DNA from: Promethearchaeota archaeon
GTDB lineage: Archaea; Asgardarchaeota; Lokiarchaeia; Sigyniarchaeales; SOKP01
DNA: 64,000 nt
Direction of reading: 5' to 3'
Assembly: GCA_048939015.1 (NCBI GenBank)
Contig: JBHLPW010000006.1
Location: forward strand, 1 to 64,000
Below the pieces are notes generated by a model. The model did not search any database and was not told the DNA's origin. It was given only the letters and a program-made list of their open reading frames with translations. Both the position numbers and the translations under genes were made by a program. Shown one piece after another: positions 1 to 9,386 of this stretch. Numbering within the stretch: position 1 is the stretch's first letter; each line of letters starts with the position of its first letter.

Positions 1-173
1 TTTAACACAAAAGTCACAAGAATATATTACACTATTTAGTCACAGTAAAAAATGGATTTCCATTATTTATTATATAAAAACATTTGGTTTCCTCACGGAT
101 TAAATATATACAATTCATAAAATGATTGTATTAAAATTAGTATTCATAAATAAGTTAATTAAAATGATTCTAT

Positions 174-434
174 ATGGAAACTGAAAAATTATATAAAACT
201 ATGCATGGGATTTTTCAACCAACAGAACAACCTCATTTCATAGATGTCTCAAAATTGCTTACTCCATTTACGAATATTGGTGGAATTGAGAGACAACCAC
301 TTATATATGATGGAATTGAAAAAATACCTTTTAATGAAAGACATCCCACGTATCAAGAAATCTTTGTTGACGAGTTTTTAACATATAGTAATATTCCACT
401 TGGAAATCATTTAAAAGAATTAGTTGTTCAATAA
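174..434 (+). CDS. Small hypothetical protein, paralog of 951..1178
   Basis: 86-aa ORF sharing an ungapped 45-aa block (VSxLxxPF...IYxGxEKIPFxE...QEIxxxEF) with ORF 951..1178. Confidence 0.6.
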   Translation: METEKLYKTMHGIFQPTEQPHFIDVSKLLTPFTNIGGIERQPLIYDGIEKIPFNERHPTYQEIFVDEFLTYSNIPLGNHLKELVVQ

Positions 435-533
435 ATTAAATATCAGTAGAGCAAAACATCTTCTCTTTCTTGAAAAAATCGCTCTCTTTTTATATGTTCA
501 TGAAGATAATCTATAAAAGAGACATAAATTGAA

Positions 534-845
534 TTGTTTGTAGATTCACAATCTATTGAAAAGAAGGTAGAAGAACTTTTAGACCATATTCTCAAACATG
601 GAAGTTCTTTTGATAGAAAGGAATTTCAACGAGGAAAGTTTTCTTTATTATCGAAGCTTGTAACAGAATTATTTAAAAGTAAAAATTCAAGAATTAGTTT
701 TAATAATATTTCAAGTTTAATAATTTTAATTTTAAACATTTGTAATGAGAAATTTGGATTGGATAATTATCCTCGTGGAGATAATAATTCTCTTAAAACT
801 TTCAATCCAAGATATAAGCATATTTTGAAAGATGAATTTCTATGA
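534..845 (+). CDS. Hypothetical protein
   Basis: 103-aa ORF with TTG start, co-oriented with neighbours; no recognised motif. Confidence 0.5.
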   Translation: MFVDSQSIEKKVEELLDHILKHGSSFDRKEFQRGKFSLLSKLVTELFKSKNSRISFNNISSLIILILNICNEKFGLDNYPRGDNNSLKTFNPRYKHILKDEFL

Positions 846-950
846 GTTAAATTCCACACTTGGGATTTATTACTAAATTTGTCGGGTCTTTTAATTTAAA
901 AGACTAAAATTTCATTGTAAAGTTAATAAGAAGTCAATGTGAGATGAAAG

Positions 951-1178
951 ATGGGATTAGAGGTAATAAATAGCAAAATTCAAATTATTAGAAATGAAAT
1001 TGATGTTTTAGAGGAATCTTATAATGTGTCTAATCTAATAATCCCTTTTTCAATTATATTTAATAAAGATACTCCACTTGATATTTATTCTGGGAAGGAA
1101 AAGATACCTTTTAAGGAAAAAGTTTCAGAATTTCAAGAAATCCTAATATCGGAATTTGGAATAACTAATAAAGACTAA
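951..1178 (+). CDS. Small hypothetical protein, paralog of 174..434
   Basis: Shares the IYSGKEKIPF..QEILISEF motif with ORF 174..434. Confidence 0.6.
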   Translation: MGLEVINSKIQIIRNEIDVLEESYNVSNLIIPFSIIFNKDTPLDIYSGKEKIPFKEKVSEFQEILISEFGITNKD

Positions 1179-1297
1179 GTTTAGGGATTTATATATAATT
1201 TTCCGACTTTTAACTTAGAATGGATATACAAATTTTATATATATAGAGGTATAAAATATAATCCATACATTTAGAATTCAATAAAAAATGAGTAATT

Positions 1298-1930
1298 ATG
1301 AAAAAATTGAACAAAGTCTATGAGAAAATACACGCAAGTTATTTTGGAATTTTTGGAGTGGTTATTTTTCTTATTGGTCTAATCCCTGCTATCGCAGTCC
1401 ACAATAATTTCAGCTTTTTAACTACTTTTGTTAGTGATTTAGCCGTACCTGGATGGAATGACTTAGCTATTTGGTTTAGTATCTTTTGGTTCATCACGGG
1501 GATTTTTATGATATTATTTATATTGGGATTTACTCTGTTTTTACAAGAGAAAGGTTCCTCTAAAAAAAGTACTAATATCACTTGTGTTTTAGGTGTTGTT
1601 TCTGCTATAGGGATCTTAATGTTAGCTTTATTTAATACAAGAGATGCGGATTTCTTACATGGTATTGCACAATACGTTTTTTTCTTCCCTGGGATCTTAT
1701 ACTTATTCAGTTATGCATATCTTGAACATAAACTTTCAGAATTTCCACTTTGGCAAGCTCTATTTAATGTTATTGTAGCATTTTTCTTTATACTATACTT
1801 GATACTTTTCATTGTTAATAGAATAGATGAGACATTACTAGTTGAAGCTAAGGTCGTAGCGGAGTGGTTATTTCTATTTTCAAACATGTTGTGGTTCGTT
1901 GAAACAGGTATATTTATCCTTAGAAAGTAA
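1298..1930 (+). CDS. Multi-pass membrane protein, DUF998 / Frag1-DRAM-Sfk1-like
   Basis: About 6 hydrophobic helices; FVSDL after TM1, His in TM4 (LHGIA), EW in last helix. Confidence 0.65.
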   Translation: MKKLNKVYEKIHASYFGIFGVVIFLIGLIPAIAVHNNFSFLTTFVSDLAVPGWNDLAIWFSIFWFITGIFMILFILGFTLFLQEKGSSKKSTNITCVLGVVSAIGILMLALFNTRDADFLHGIAQYVFFFPGILYLFSYAYLEHKLSEFPLWQALFNVIVAFFFILYLILFIVNRIDETLLVEAKVVAEWLFLFSNMLWFVETGIFILRK

Positions 1931-1956
1931 TAAATCCCCATTTTTTTATTTTTTCT

Positions 1957-2274
1957 TTAAATTTTACGTAAAGGTAAAATCGTATTTGGAAAAAGAAAAA
2001 CATTTTGACACATTGGACAAGCATTATATTTTTGAAGCCAATTTGAAACACATCCTGAATGGTACATACTTTCACAATATGAACATTTGATTGTTTTATG
2101 GGTACTAGGATCGACAATTTTATGACAAATTGTACATTGAACTTTTTTTATTCTCTTTTTCTCATCTCGTTTTAATTTTTTGCCACAAAAAGTACAGAAA
2201 TTTGGCATTCCCTTACTTGATCTAACCAATTTCTTTCCACAATAAGGACAATAATTATAAACTCTTTCTGGCAT
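1957..2274 (-). CDS. Zinc-ribbon + C4HC3 RING finger protein (putative E3 ubiquitin ligase)
   Basis: CPYCG..CTFCG ribbon followed by CxxC...CxxC-x4-HxxC..WL..CPxC. Confidence 0.8.
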   Translation of the reverse strand: MPERVYNYCPYCGKKLVRSSKGMPNFCTFCGKKLKRDEKKRIKKVQCTICHKIVDPSTHKTIKCSYCESMYHSGCVSNWLQKYNACPMCQNVFLFPNTILPLRKI

Positions 2275-2382
2275 AATTTTTGCATTAATCTATTATTGAT
2301 TTTATTTCTAATTAATTATAAATTGAAACTATAGAAAAATGATCTTTAGACCATTTTTTAATTGCAGAAGACGATATGATTT

Positions 2383-3171
2383 CTATTTATGTTTTTGGAT
2401 AAATTCTTTTAGCGCTCTAGTATATTCCTCTCTAAAAGAGAAAATATTATTATGCCCTGCTCCTTCAATTAAAACTAATTTTTTTTCAACACCTTCTGGA
2501 AGGCTATTATATATCAATTTTCCTTCGTCAAATGGAATAATCCAATCTTGAACACCATGAATAACTAATGTTGGCTTTTTAAATCTTAATATTCTTATAT
2601 CATTTGAGAAATCTCTTAGTGCTTCTGGAGTAATACCAGGTCCACTTACTCTAAAAAGTCTCGTCATCATATTGTATACACTTGCGAATCCACTTTCAAA
2701 AATAATGCCTTTTAAACTATCCGGATTATTCGCTCCAATCTCAGAAGCACAAACACTGCCAAGGGAGCGTCCCAATAGAAATAATGAATCCCTCATTCCA
2801 TTTTCATTTATCCATTTATAGAATTTATTATATATGGGAAAGGCATCAGAAATGAGACTACTATATATAGGTTCTCCAGTACTAAATCCATATCCCCGAA
2901 AATCTACTACAGCTAAATTGACTCCGCAATCGAAAAAGAAATCTAGAAAATATTGATAATCTGCTGCAATTTCACCATTTCCATGAAATAATAAAATAGT
3001 TGGAAGTGTAGCATCATTCAAATAGAGAAAACCTCCAATAATAATGTTTTTATTTAGTTCAAATTTTAGCACTTTAACATTTGGTCCCAATTTAGCAGGT
3101 ATTGGTAATTTACGAGGATAAAAAACAATATTAGAAATTGCTGGATTATCAATAAAAGATTTCTTCACCAT
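2383..3171 (-). CDS. Alpha/beta hydrolase (ABHD13/BEM46-like)
   Basis: FHGNGE, DFRGYG, GRSLG nucleophile elbow, IHGxxD, GAGHN. Confidence 0.9.
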   Translation of the reverse strand: MVKKSFIDNPAISNIVFYPRKLPIPAKLGPNVKVLKFELNKNIIIGGFLYLNDATLPTILLFHGNGEIAADYQYFLDFFFDCGVNLAVVDFRGYGFSTGEPIYSSLISDAFPIYNKFYKWINENGMRDSLFLLGRSLGSVCASEIGANNPDSLKGIIFESGFASVYNMMTRLFRVSGPGITPEALRDFSNDIRILRFKKPTLVIHGVQDWIIPFDEGKLIYNSLPEGVEKKLVLIEGAGHNNIFSFREEYTRALKEFIQKHK

Positions 3172-3330
3172 AATTGAAAACCTCTTGTATGCTTTTAAAA
3201 GATTCCTTAATGACTTATAATCTTTTGGTGTTTCTTTTTGACAAAAATGAAAATCCTTAAATAAAATTAAAATAAGAATTTAATTACAGGAAATCCAATC
3301 CTAAAAATTTAAAAGAGGTAATAATGAACT

Positions 3331-3642
3331 ATGGGTGTTTTAATGGTTACTACATGGTATCCTAGCCATAAAGGCATGGATGTTGGCAAGATGTATTTAA
3401 AGCAACCAAGAGAGGTACCATTTGTAACAAAATGGCGTGTATTTAATACTCCCGGAGGAAACAATGGTATGAAACAATACCATTTAATATATACTGAAAG
3501 AGGAAAATTAGAAGATGCAGCCATGGAACTATGGAAGTATTTTACTCCATTTATTATGCAAATAGAGGGTTATAATATAACAGTTGAAATCCTAATTGGA
3601 GTATCAGATACCTATAGATTAGCAGGACTGAAATGGGAATAG
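3331..3642 (+). CDS. Hypothetical protein (small alpha+beta type)
   Basis: 103-aa ORF with GAGGT SD-like motif upstream; no function recognised. Confidence 0.7.
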   Translation: MGVLMVTTWYPSHKGMDVGKMYLKQPREVPFVTKWRVFNTPGGNNGMKQYHLIYTERGKLEDAAMELWKYFTPFIMQIEGYNITVEILIGVSDTYRLAGLKWE

Positions 3643-3655
3643 ATTCTTAATTAAT

Positions 3656-4207
3656 TTATATTTTTTTTTTTACTTTTCTCTTGATTAACAGTATTAAGAA
3701 GCAGTTAACTACACAAAAGAGAATAACAAATGTAGTAATTGAAAAACTAATTATTGGTCTTGGACCATAACTACCAATTGGACATATTTCATATCCTGCA
3801 TTAATCCAAGATGAAATCCCCCCAATCATATTATATATCTTATTAAATCCCGCATCTACAAGAATTTGGCTGGCTGTTGCACTTCTTCCTCCCGATTGAC
3901 AATAAACGATGATTTCCGTGTCATTATATAACTCTAATTCATTAATCCTAGTTGTTAAATCTTCAAGAGGGATAAGATTAGCATTGCAAATATGATATGT
4001 ATCAAATTCTGCATCTGTTCTAACATCCAAAACCATAAGATTCGGATATGCGCTAGTATTAGCTATCATATCATATGCTTCATTGACAGAAATATTGGTA
4101 TATGTCTGAGCTTTTACATTAGGGATTGTTTTCTGAATAGATAATGGAAGAAAAATAACAAGAATTAGCAGAATTACTTTATGTAGATACCTATGGTTAG
4201 ATTTCAT
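3656..4207 (-). CDS. Exported, membrane-anchored rhodanese-domain protein
   Basis: N-terminal hydrophobic signal, LDVR..EF...HI, active loop YCQSGGRS, GG..W, C-terminal TM + KRKVKKK. Confidence 0.9.
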   Translation of the reverse strand: MKSNHRYLHKVILLILVIFLPLSIQKTIPNVKAQTYTNISVNEAYDMIANTSAYPNLMVLDVRTDAEFDTYHICNANLIPLEDLTTRINELELYNDTEIIVYCQSGGRSATASQILVDAGFNKIYNMIGGISSWINAGYEICPIGSYGPRPIISFSITTFVILFCVVNCFLILLIKRKVKKKI

Positions 4208-4219
4208 AAGAATTACTTT

Positions 4220-4975
4220 TTATTTTGATTTTCCTTGAGCAGCAACAGCTTCAATTGCTTTAGAAATTTCTTCAGCATCTCCTAGATAATAGTGAGTGAT
4301 TGGTTTCATCTTATCATCTAACTCGTATATTAAGGGGACTCCCGTAGGTATATTCAGTTTAACCACCTCTTCGTCTGGCATATTATCAAGATATTTAACT
4401 AGCGCCCTTAAGCTGTTTCCATGGGCTGAAATCAGGACACTTTTACCAGATTTTATAGTAGGGATAATTGTTTCATGCCAATAAGGTAATACCCTTGCAA
4501 CTGTGTCTTTCAAACATTCAGTTAAGGGAAGTTCATCAGCAGTTAAATCTTTATATTTTGTCTCATTTCCAGGATATCTAGGATCACTTGTTTTGAGAGG
4601 AGGGGGTGGAACATCATAACTTCTTCTCCAAATAAGCACTTGATCTTCTCCAACCTCTTTTGCCATTTCAGATTTTGAATATCCTTGTAAGGCACCATAA
4701 TGTCTTTCATTTAATCGCCAAGATCTATATACCGGAATCCACATTAAGTCCATCTCATCCAATACAATCCAAAGAGTTCGAATTCCTCTCTTCAATACTG
4801 ATGTATAGGCGATATCAAAAGTATACCGTCCTTCCATTAATAGTTTAGCTGCTTCTATAGCTTCTTGCTCTCCTTTTTCTGAAAGATCCACATCAGTCCA
4901 GCCAGTAAACTTATTTTCCTTATTCCATGTGCTTTCTCCATGTCTTAATAGTACAACTTTATACATTTTAATCAC
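4220..4975 (-). CDS. gpmA: 2,3-bisphosphoglycerate-dependent phosphoglycerate mutase
   Basis: [44 protein letters not shown]; true start probably MYKVV. Confidence 0.97.
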   Translation of the reverse strand: MIKMYKVVLLRHGESTWNKENKFTGWTDVDLSEKGEQEAIEAAKLLMEGRYTFDIAYTSVLKRGIRTLWIVLDEMDLMWIPVYRSWRLNERHYGALQGYSKSEMAKEVGEDQVLIWRRSYDVPPPPLKTSDPRYPGNETKYKDLTADELPLTECLKDTVARVLPYWHETIIPTIKSGKSVLISAHGNSLRALVKYLDNMPDEEVVKLNIPTGVPLIYELDDKMKPITHYYLGDAEEISKAIEAVAAQGKSK

Positions 4976-5103
4976 ATTTTGAACTTGTTTTTAAAGTATT
5001 ACTTTAATATTTCAAAACTTAATATATAAATTCTTTCTCTAAGAAAAGAATAAAAAAAAAAAGTAAAATTAGAATTGCCAATTCTCTTTTATTATACCGA
5101 TGA

Positions 5104-6522
5104 TTAATCTAAACTTGCTGATCTTTCTAAATCCTGTAATTTTCTTTGTTTTTCATCATGTAGAATAAGTACGTCTTTCTGTAACTTCTGCCAATATTCT
5201 CCTTTTATTGGATATAATTGTAATATAAGAGCTGCTAATATCAATGCTATACCAGGTATTAATCCAATAAAAAGTCTTATTGCGAAAATAGCTGCTGGAG
5301 GTTGTGGAAGAACTGGATCTTCACCGAGACCATGTGGGATAAAATTTGCTAAATCTAATAATGCAGCAGGAATTACTATTGCAAGACTTTGTGCTGGTTT
5401 AGTAAAAAAAGCATTCATGCCAAAAAATGCAGCTTCTCTTCTTACTCCTGTTTTTAATTCATCTTCATCTGATACTTGAGCAAATAATACATTGGTAAAT
5501 ATTAAGGGACCTACAAAACCGAGTGCAGCAATAGCTAATGTAAGGTAAACTAATTCATTAACCCCTAATCCAGTTACAATAAACAGTAAAATCAAACCAG
5601 AACCACCGATTAACAGTAGAAACTGATCACTTCTAACTACTCCCCATTTTTTTATTAATTTTGGAGTAATCCATATACCTGCAAGGAGGGGTATAAAGAC
5701 AAATAATAATAAAATCATTGTAGACTGCTGTACAATATAATCCGCTAAATAAAAGAGAGACCCAACAATTAGTGATTGGATTAAAATACCCATAAAATTA
5801 GCAGCAGTTACGACAAGAAATGATTTACTTTTGACTGTGACTTTAAAAGCATCTATGAATCCTAAAGGTTCTCCAACTTTACTGAATTCAGGTCTCTCTG
5901 TGAATTTAAATGACGTGTAAAGGACTAATGCAGCCCCGAAGATTCCAACCAAAACCATAGACATCAGAAGTAAGAATCTAGATTGATTTCGGAATAAATC
6001 AGGGATAATGAAACCAAATATTGTACCGATCATACTTAGGAATTGCCACCACATATTAAGACTATTTCTTTCTTGTTCATCTTCAGTAAGTTCAGGTAAA
6101 AGAGCAGAGTACACGAGAAAAATAATCGTATAAGCAGTATCATAAAGACATGTAGTTATCACCATCCACCAGAATACATTCCAATTTCCAGCAGTCGGTT
6201 CTGGGGCAAACCAAACTAACACGAAAGTTAATGCTAAAAAGGGAGCAGTATATCTTATGAAAGGAATTCTCCTTCCTTTTTTAGCTTTTGATTTATCTGA
6301 ATAAAAACCGAAGAGTGGATCATTTAACATGTTAACTATAACATAGATGATTTGGATATAATAGATGATCGCAGCATTTTCTACTAGACCTAAATAATCT
6401 ACATAAAAAATAGGTAGTAGTGATGCATAAATCCCTTGAATAACCGCTCCACCTAAACTAGCTAATCCCCATTGTACTTTTCGTGTTGTAGAAAACTTAG
6501 GTGGTGTTCTATCAACTGACAT
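5104..6522 (-). CDS. GPH-family (MelB-like) MFS transporter
   Basis: NDPLFG.YSD, GRRIPF, LPELT...ER, DEDELKTGVRREA; about 12 TM. Confidence 0.9.
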   Translation of the reverse strand: MSVDRTPPKFSTTRKVQWGLASLGGAVIQGIYASLLPIFYVDYLGLVENAAIIYYIQIIYVIVNMLNDPLFGFYSDKSKAKKGRRIPFIRYTAPFLALTFVLVWFAPEPTAGNWNVFWWMVITTCLYDTAYTIIFLVYSALLPELTEDEQERNSLNMWWQFLSMIGTIFGFIIPDLFRNQSRFLLLMSMVLVGIFGAALVLYTSFKFTERPEFSKVGEPLGFIDAFKVTVKSKSFLVVTAANFMGILIQSLIVGSLFYLADYIVQQSTMILLLFVFIPLLAGIWITPKLIKKWGVVRSDQFLLLIGGSGLILLFIVTGLGVNELVYLTLAIAALGFVGPLIFTNVLFAQVSDEDELKTGVRREAAFFGMNAFFTKPAQSLAIVIPAALLDLANFIPHGLGEDPVLPQPPAAIFAIRLFIGLIPGIALILAALILQLYPIKGEYWQKLQKDVLILHDEKQRKLQDLERSASLD

Positions 6523-6635
6523 TTTAAATCAATTTATTTTTTTTATATTGATTGAATTTTTATTAATAAAGATATTTCAACCATATTCTTTATTAAAATT
6601 TACATAAAAAGATTCAAATTTACCTAAATGTTATC

Positions 6636-7517
6636 TCATTTTTGATTTGAAAACTGGTTAATATCAAATTCAATTCTTTCACCAGTATCCACAAGCCTTC
6701 TCATTGGTTGCTTCTTACTATCTACTATTGCTTTTTGAGTGGGTTCGTATTTTTGAGCGGGATTTCCAACATAAATCCAATCAGGATCCAAAATCTGATT
6801 TATGTGTGTTACAGTCCATACTCCTAAAGTTGCTCCTTTTCCTACAATGGTCCCTGGAGATACAATTGAATATGCACCTAGGACAACATGATCTCCAATT
6901 ACTACTTTTTTTATTAATAGATAATCTGTATTTTCAATTCTAACAATTATACTTGATAAAATTTGAGCACCTTGCCCAATCATGATATTATTTCCATATT
7001 CAATAAATTCTACATCACTCCAGCCATCAAACATTGTACTTTTTAAATCTGTTTTGATGTCACACATTTTAAAGGCAAAATTATTTGCCCAAGGGAAACA
7101 AAAATTATTCCAAATCCAAAAGATATATTTTTTTACAGATACTCTAAGACAAAAATAAGAATAGTCTCTATCCCCTCTCTCAATTTTAAAAAGCCCTTCA
7201 CAAGGACGGTGAATTAGTTTTAATATAACTAATATTAATTTTGCAAGTAGCAAACTAATAAGAAGATATGCACCCCACCATGCTAAAACATCTATAAAAA
7301 AGAAAATAAATCTCCAATGAAAAAAGTTTGAATCCATGGCAAAACTAAAGAAGGTTAAAATCATTACTGTTGGCATAACGAGAGAAAAAGCATGCAAAAA
7401 AAGAAAAAGCAAATTTGAAGTAAGGCTCCATTTAAAACCATTAGTGGTTATAGGGATACGTTTGGTCTCCCTAAATTTATCCTTTCCAGACTCCTTTGTG
7501 AAAGTTTCATTCTCCAT
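6636..7517 (-). CDS. Membrane protein with left-handed beta-helix (acyltransferase-like) domain
   Basis: 2 TM, HRPCEG..DYSYF motif, hexapeptide repeats (IGDHVVLGAYSIVSPG), VGNPA. Confidence 0.75.
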   Translation of the reverse strand: MENETFTKESGKDKFRETKRIPITTNGFKWSLTSNLLFLFLHAFSLVMPTVMILTFFSFAMDSNFFHWRFIFFFIDVLAWWGAYLLISLLLAKLILVILKLIHRPCEGLFKIERGDRDYSYFCLRVSVKKYIFWIWNNFCFPWANNFAFKMCDIKTDLKSTMFDGWSDVEFIEYGNNIMIGQGAQILSSIIVRIENTDYLLIKKVVIGDHVVLGAYSIVSPGTIVGKGATLGVWTVTHINQILDPDWIYVGNPAQKYEPTQKAIVDSKKQPMRRLVDTGERIEFDINQFSNQK

Positions 7518-9069
7518 TCAAGTCACCACCGATAAGTTTATTTATTTCTTCCTTTGTTAGTTTTTTTGCAGGAAACTTACCATAAATCCCATTGTTACCT
7601 AATTTATCATATTTTACTGTTGCGCAGATAGGTAAAACTGTGGAGTTATCGCCCATTTGTAACCCTGGCATTGCTCCATTTGATAGACTAAAGACACAAT
7701 TATTTCCAATGTCTGCTCCAAAAAAAGTTAAATTTTCCTCCCCATATACCCCATCGACTAAATGGTTACTAATATGTGCAGCTGTTCCAAGGTAACAATT
7801 TTTGCCGAAATTAATATGGCTATGAAAAAAGCTTTCTTCAAAGACTGTTCCCCTTCCCACCTTATTTGAGCCTATAAATCTTAATTCCCAATTGAGAAGC
7901 CATGGAAATGGAGAACGACTAAAAGCAAAGATTGGGTATTTAAATAAGAATGATCTAAAATGATAATAATCCAGAGCCTTTGAAGTTTCATCTAAATTAC
8001 GATCAAAAACTCCTTGATTGGGACCTCTCTCATCCGCCATCTTATAAAACCAACGAGTAAATAGTGCTACAAAGAATAAATGTAGTAGATATATGCTAAT
8101 GAGAATTATTGGTGTTGATGTTAAAAGTACTATAAATTTTAAATTTAAAAGCATATTAAATGAGAAAGTAATTGAAAATAACTGTGGTATTAATAATCCA
8201 AAGAGAAATACGAAAAATAAAAATCCTGGCAACATAAATGAAACACCAATAATCATCCACCCACATATAAGATAAAAATGAAATGGAACAGACAGTTCTT
8301 TTGAATGAGTTCTTAAATTCTCTTCATTATATTCTCCAAATTTATTTTTTTCAAAAATAAAATCTTTAAAAATGCTTTCTTCCTTGAGTAATTCTCCCTT
8401 CTGCATTTTTCTAGCTGGATATCCACGGTAAATGGTATTACTTTCTAATTTTTGATTTGTTGTTGTTGCAGATAACACATCTAGAATTGTATTATTCTCA
8501 ATAATTGTTCCAGGTAATACAACTGAATGAGCACTGATAATAACATTATCTTTTATGATCACTTTTTTCAAAATTAACTTGTCTTGGATAATCATATTAG
8601 AAACTATTAAGCTTCCTTGCCCAACTTTTACATTTTTTCCCAATTCAATAAATTCACAATCAATCCATCCCTCATTCAATGAATCGGAGAATGAACATTT
8701 AACGCCAAGAATCTTTAAGATAAGTATTTCAAACATAGGTAAATACAATTGTCGTGCTAACCAAGTTGGCCATTTTCTCACAATAGCCCTCAAACTCCAA
8801 TAACAATAATCCTTATCGTTTTTACTTCTTAAAAAAACTCCTTCTTTAGGTTTATGCATAATATTTATAAATATTAAGAAAATTTTGGCTACGATCCCAG
8901 AACTTATTATTAATAGGATAATCCCTACAAATAATACAAATGGGAAAAGTATATAGAACATCAGATTAAGTACTGGAAAAAATTGCCAAAAAAACCATAA
9001 CCATAATATCGAAGGTTGAGCGCTTATTATCATTGTTAAAAAATATACAATCAAATACCTTTTCTTCAC
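7507..9069 (-). CDS. Membrane protein with two TM+LbH acyltransferase-like modules
   Basis: Two repeats of TM pair + PxEG/PNQG motif + hexapeptide repeats ending G(Y/F)PA; frame stays open to an ATT at 9118-9120. Confidence 0.75.
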   Translation of the reverse strand: MKKRYLIVYFLTMIISAQPSILWLWFFWQFFPVLNLMFYILFPFVLFVGIILLIISSGIVAKIFLIFINIMHKPKEGVFLRSKNDKDYCYWSLRAIVRKWPTWLARQLYLPMFEILILKILGVKCSFSDSLNEGWIDCEFIELGKNVKVGQGSLIVSNMIIQDKLILKKVIIKDNVIISAHSVVLPGTIIENNTILDVLSATTTNQKLESNTIYRGYPARKMQKGELLKEESIFKDFIFEKNKFGEYNEENLRTHSKELSVPFHFYLICGWMIIGVSFMLPGFLFFVFLFGLLIPQLFSITFSFNMLLNLKFIVLLTSTPIILISIYLLHLFFVALFTRWFYKMADERGPNQGVFDRNLDETSKALDYYHFRSFLFKYPIFAFSRSPFPWLLNWELRFIGSNKVGRGTVFEESFFHSHINFGKNCYLGTAAHISNHLVDGVYGEENLTFFGADIGNNCVFSLSNGAMPGLQMGDNSTVLPICATVKYDKLGNNGIYGKFPAKKLTKEEINKLIGGDLNGE

Positions 9070-9386
9070 TAATGTATTTGTAGTTCTTGGGCCAACTCTA
9101 AATGATGATGGAACTGAAATTTTAAAATCACATCAATTTAGCTACTTTTCAAGTAAATTATGAAGAATTTAGCTATCTTTTTTTATATAAAAGAATAATT
9201 TTGTATTAACTTTATATTTTTATCCATTCAAAAGAATGAGTTGGTCTATTTAGTATCATTAATCCGTTTCAAATAAGGTAAATTAGGGAATCCTTTTTAA
9301 AAGAAATTTGATATTCTAATTACATCAATCCAAAAATAATTAAATAAAAACAAAAGGAAATGCGAAGTAACTAGAGGTAATATGAA

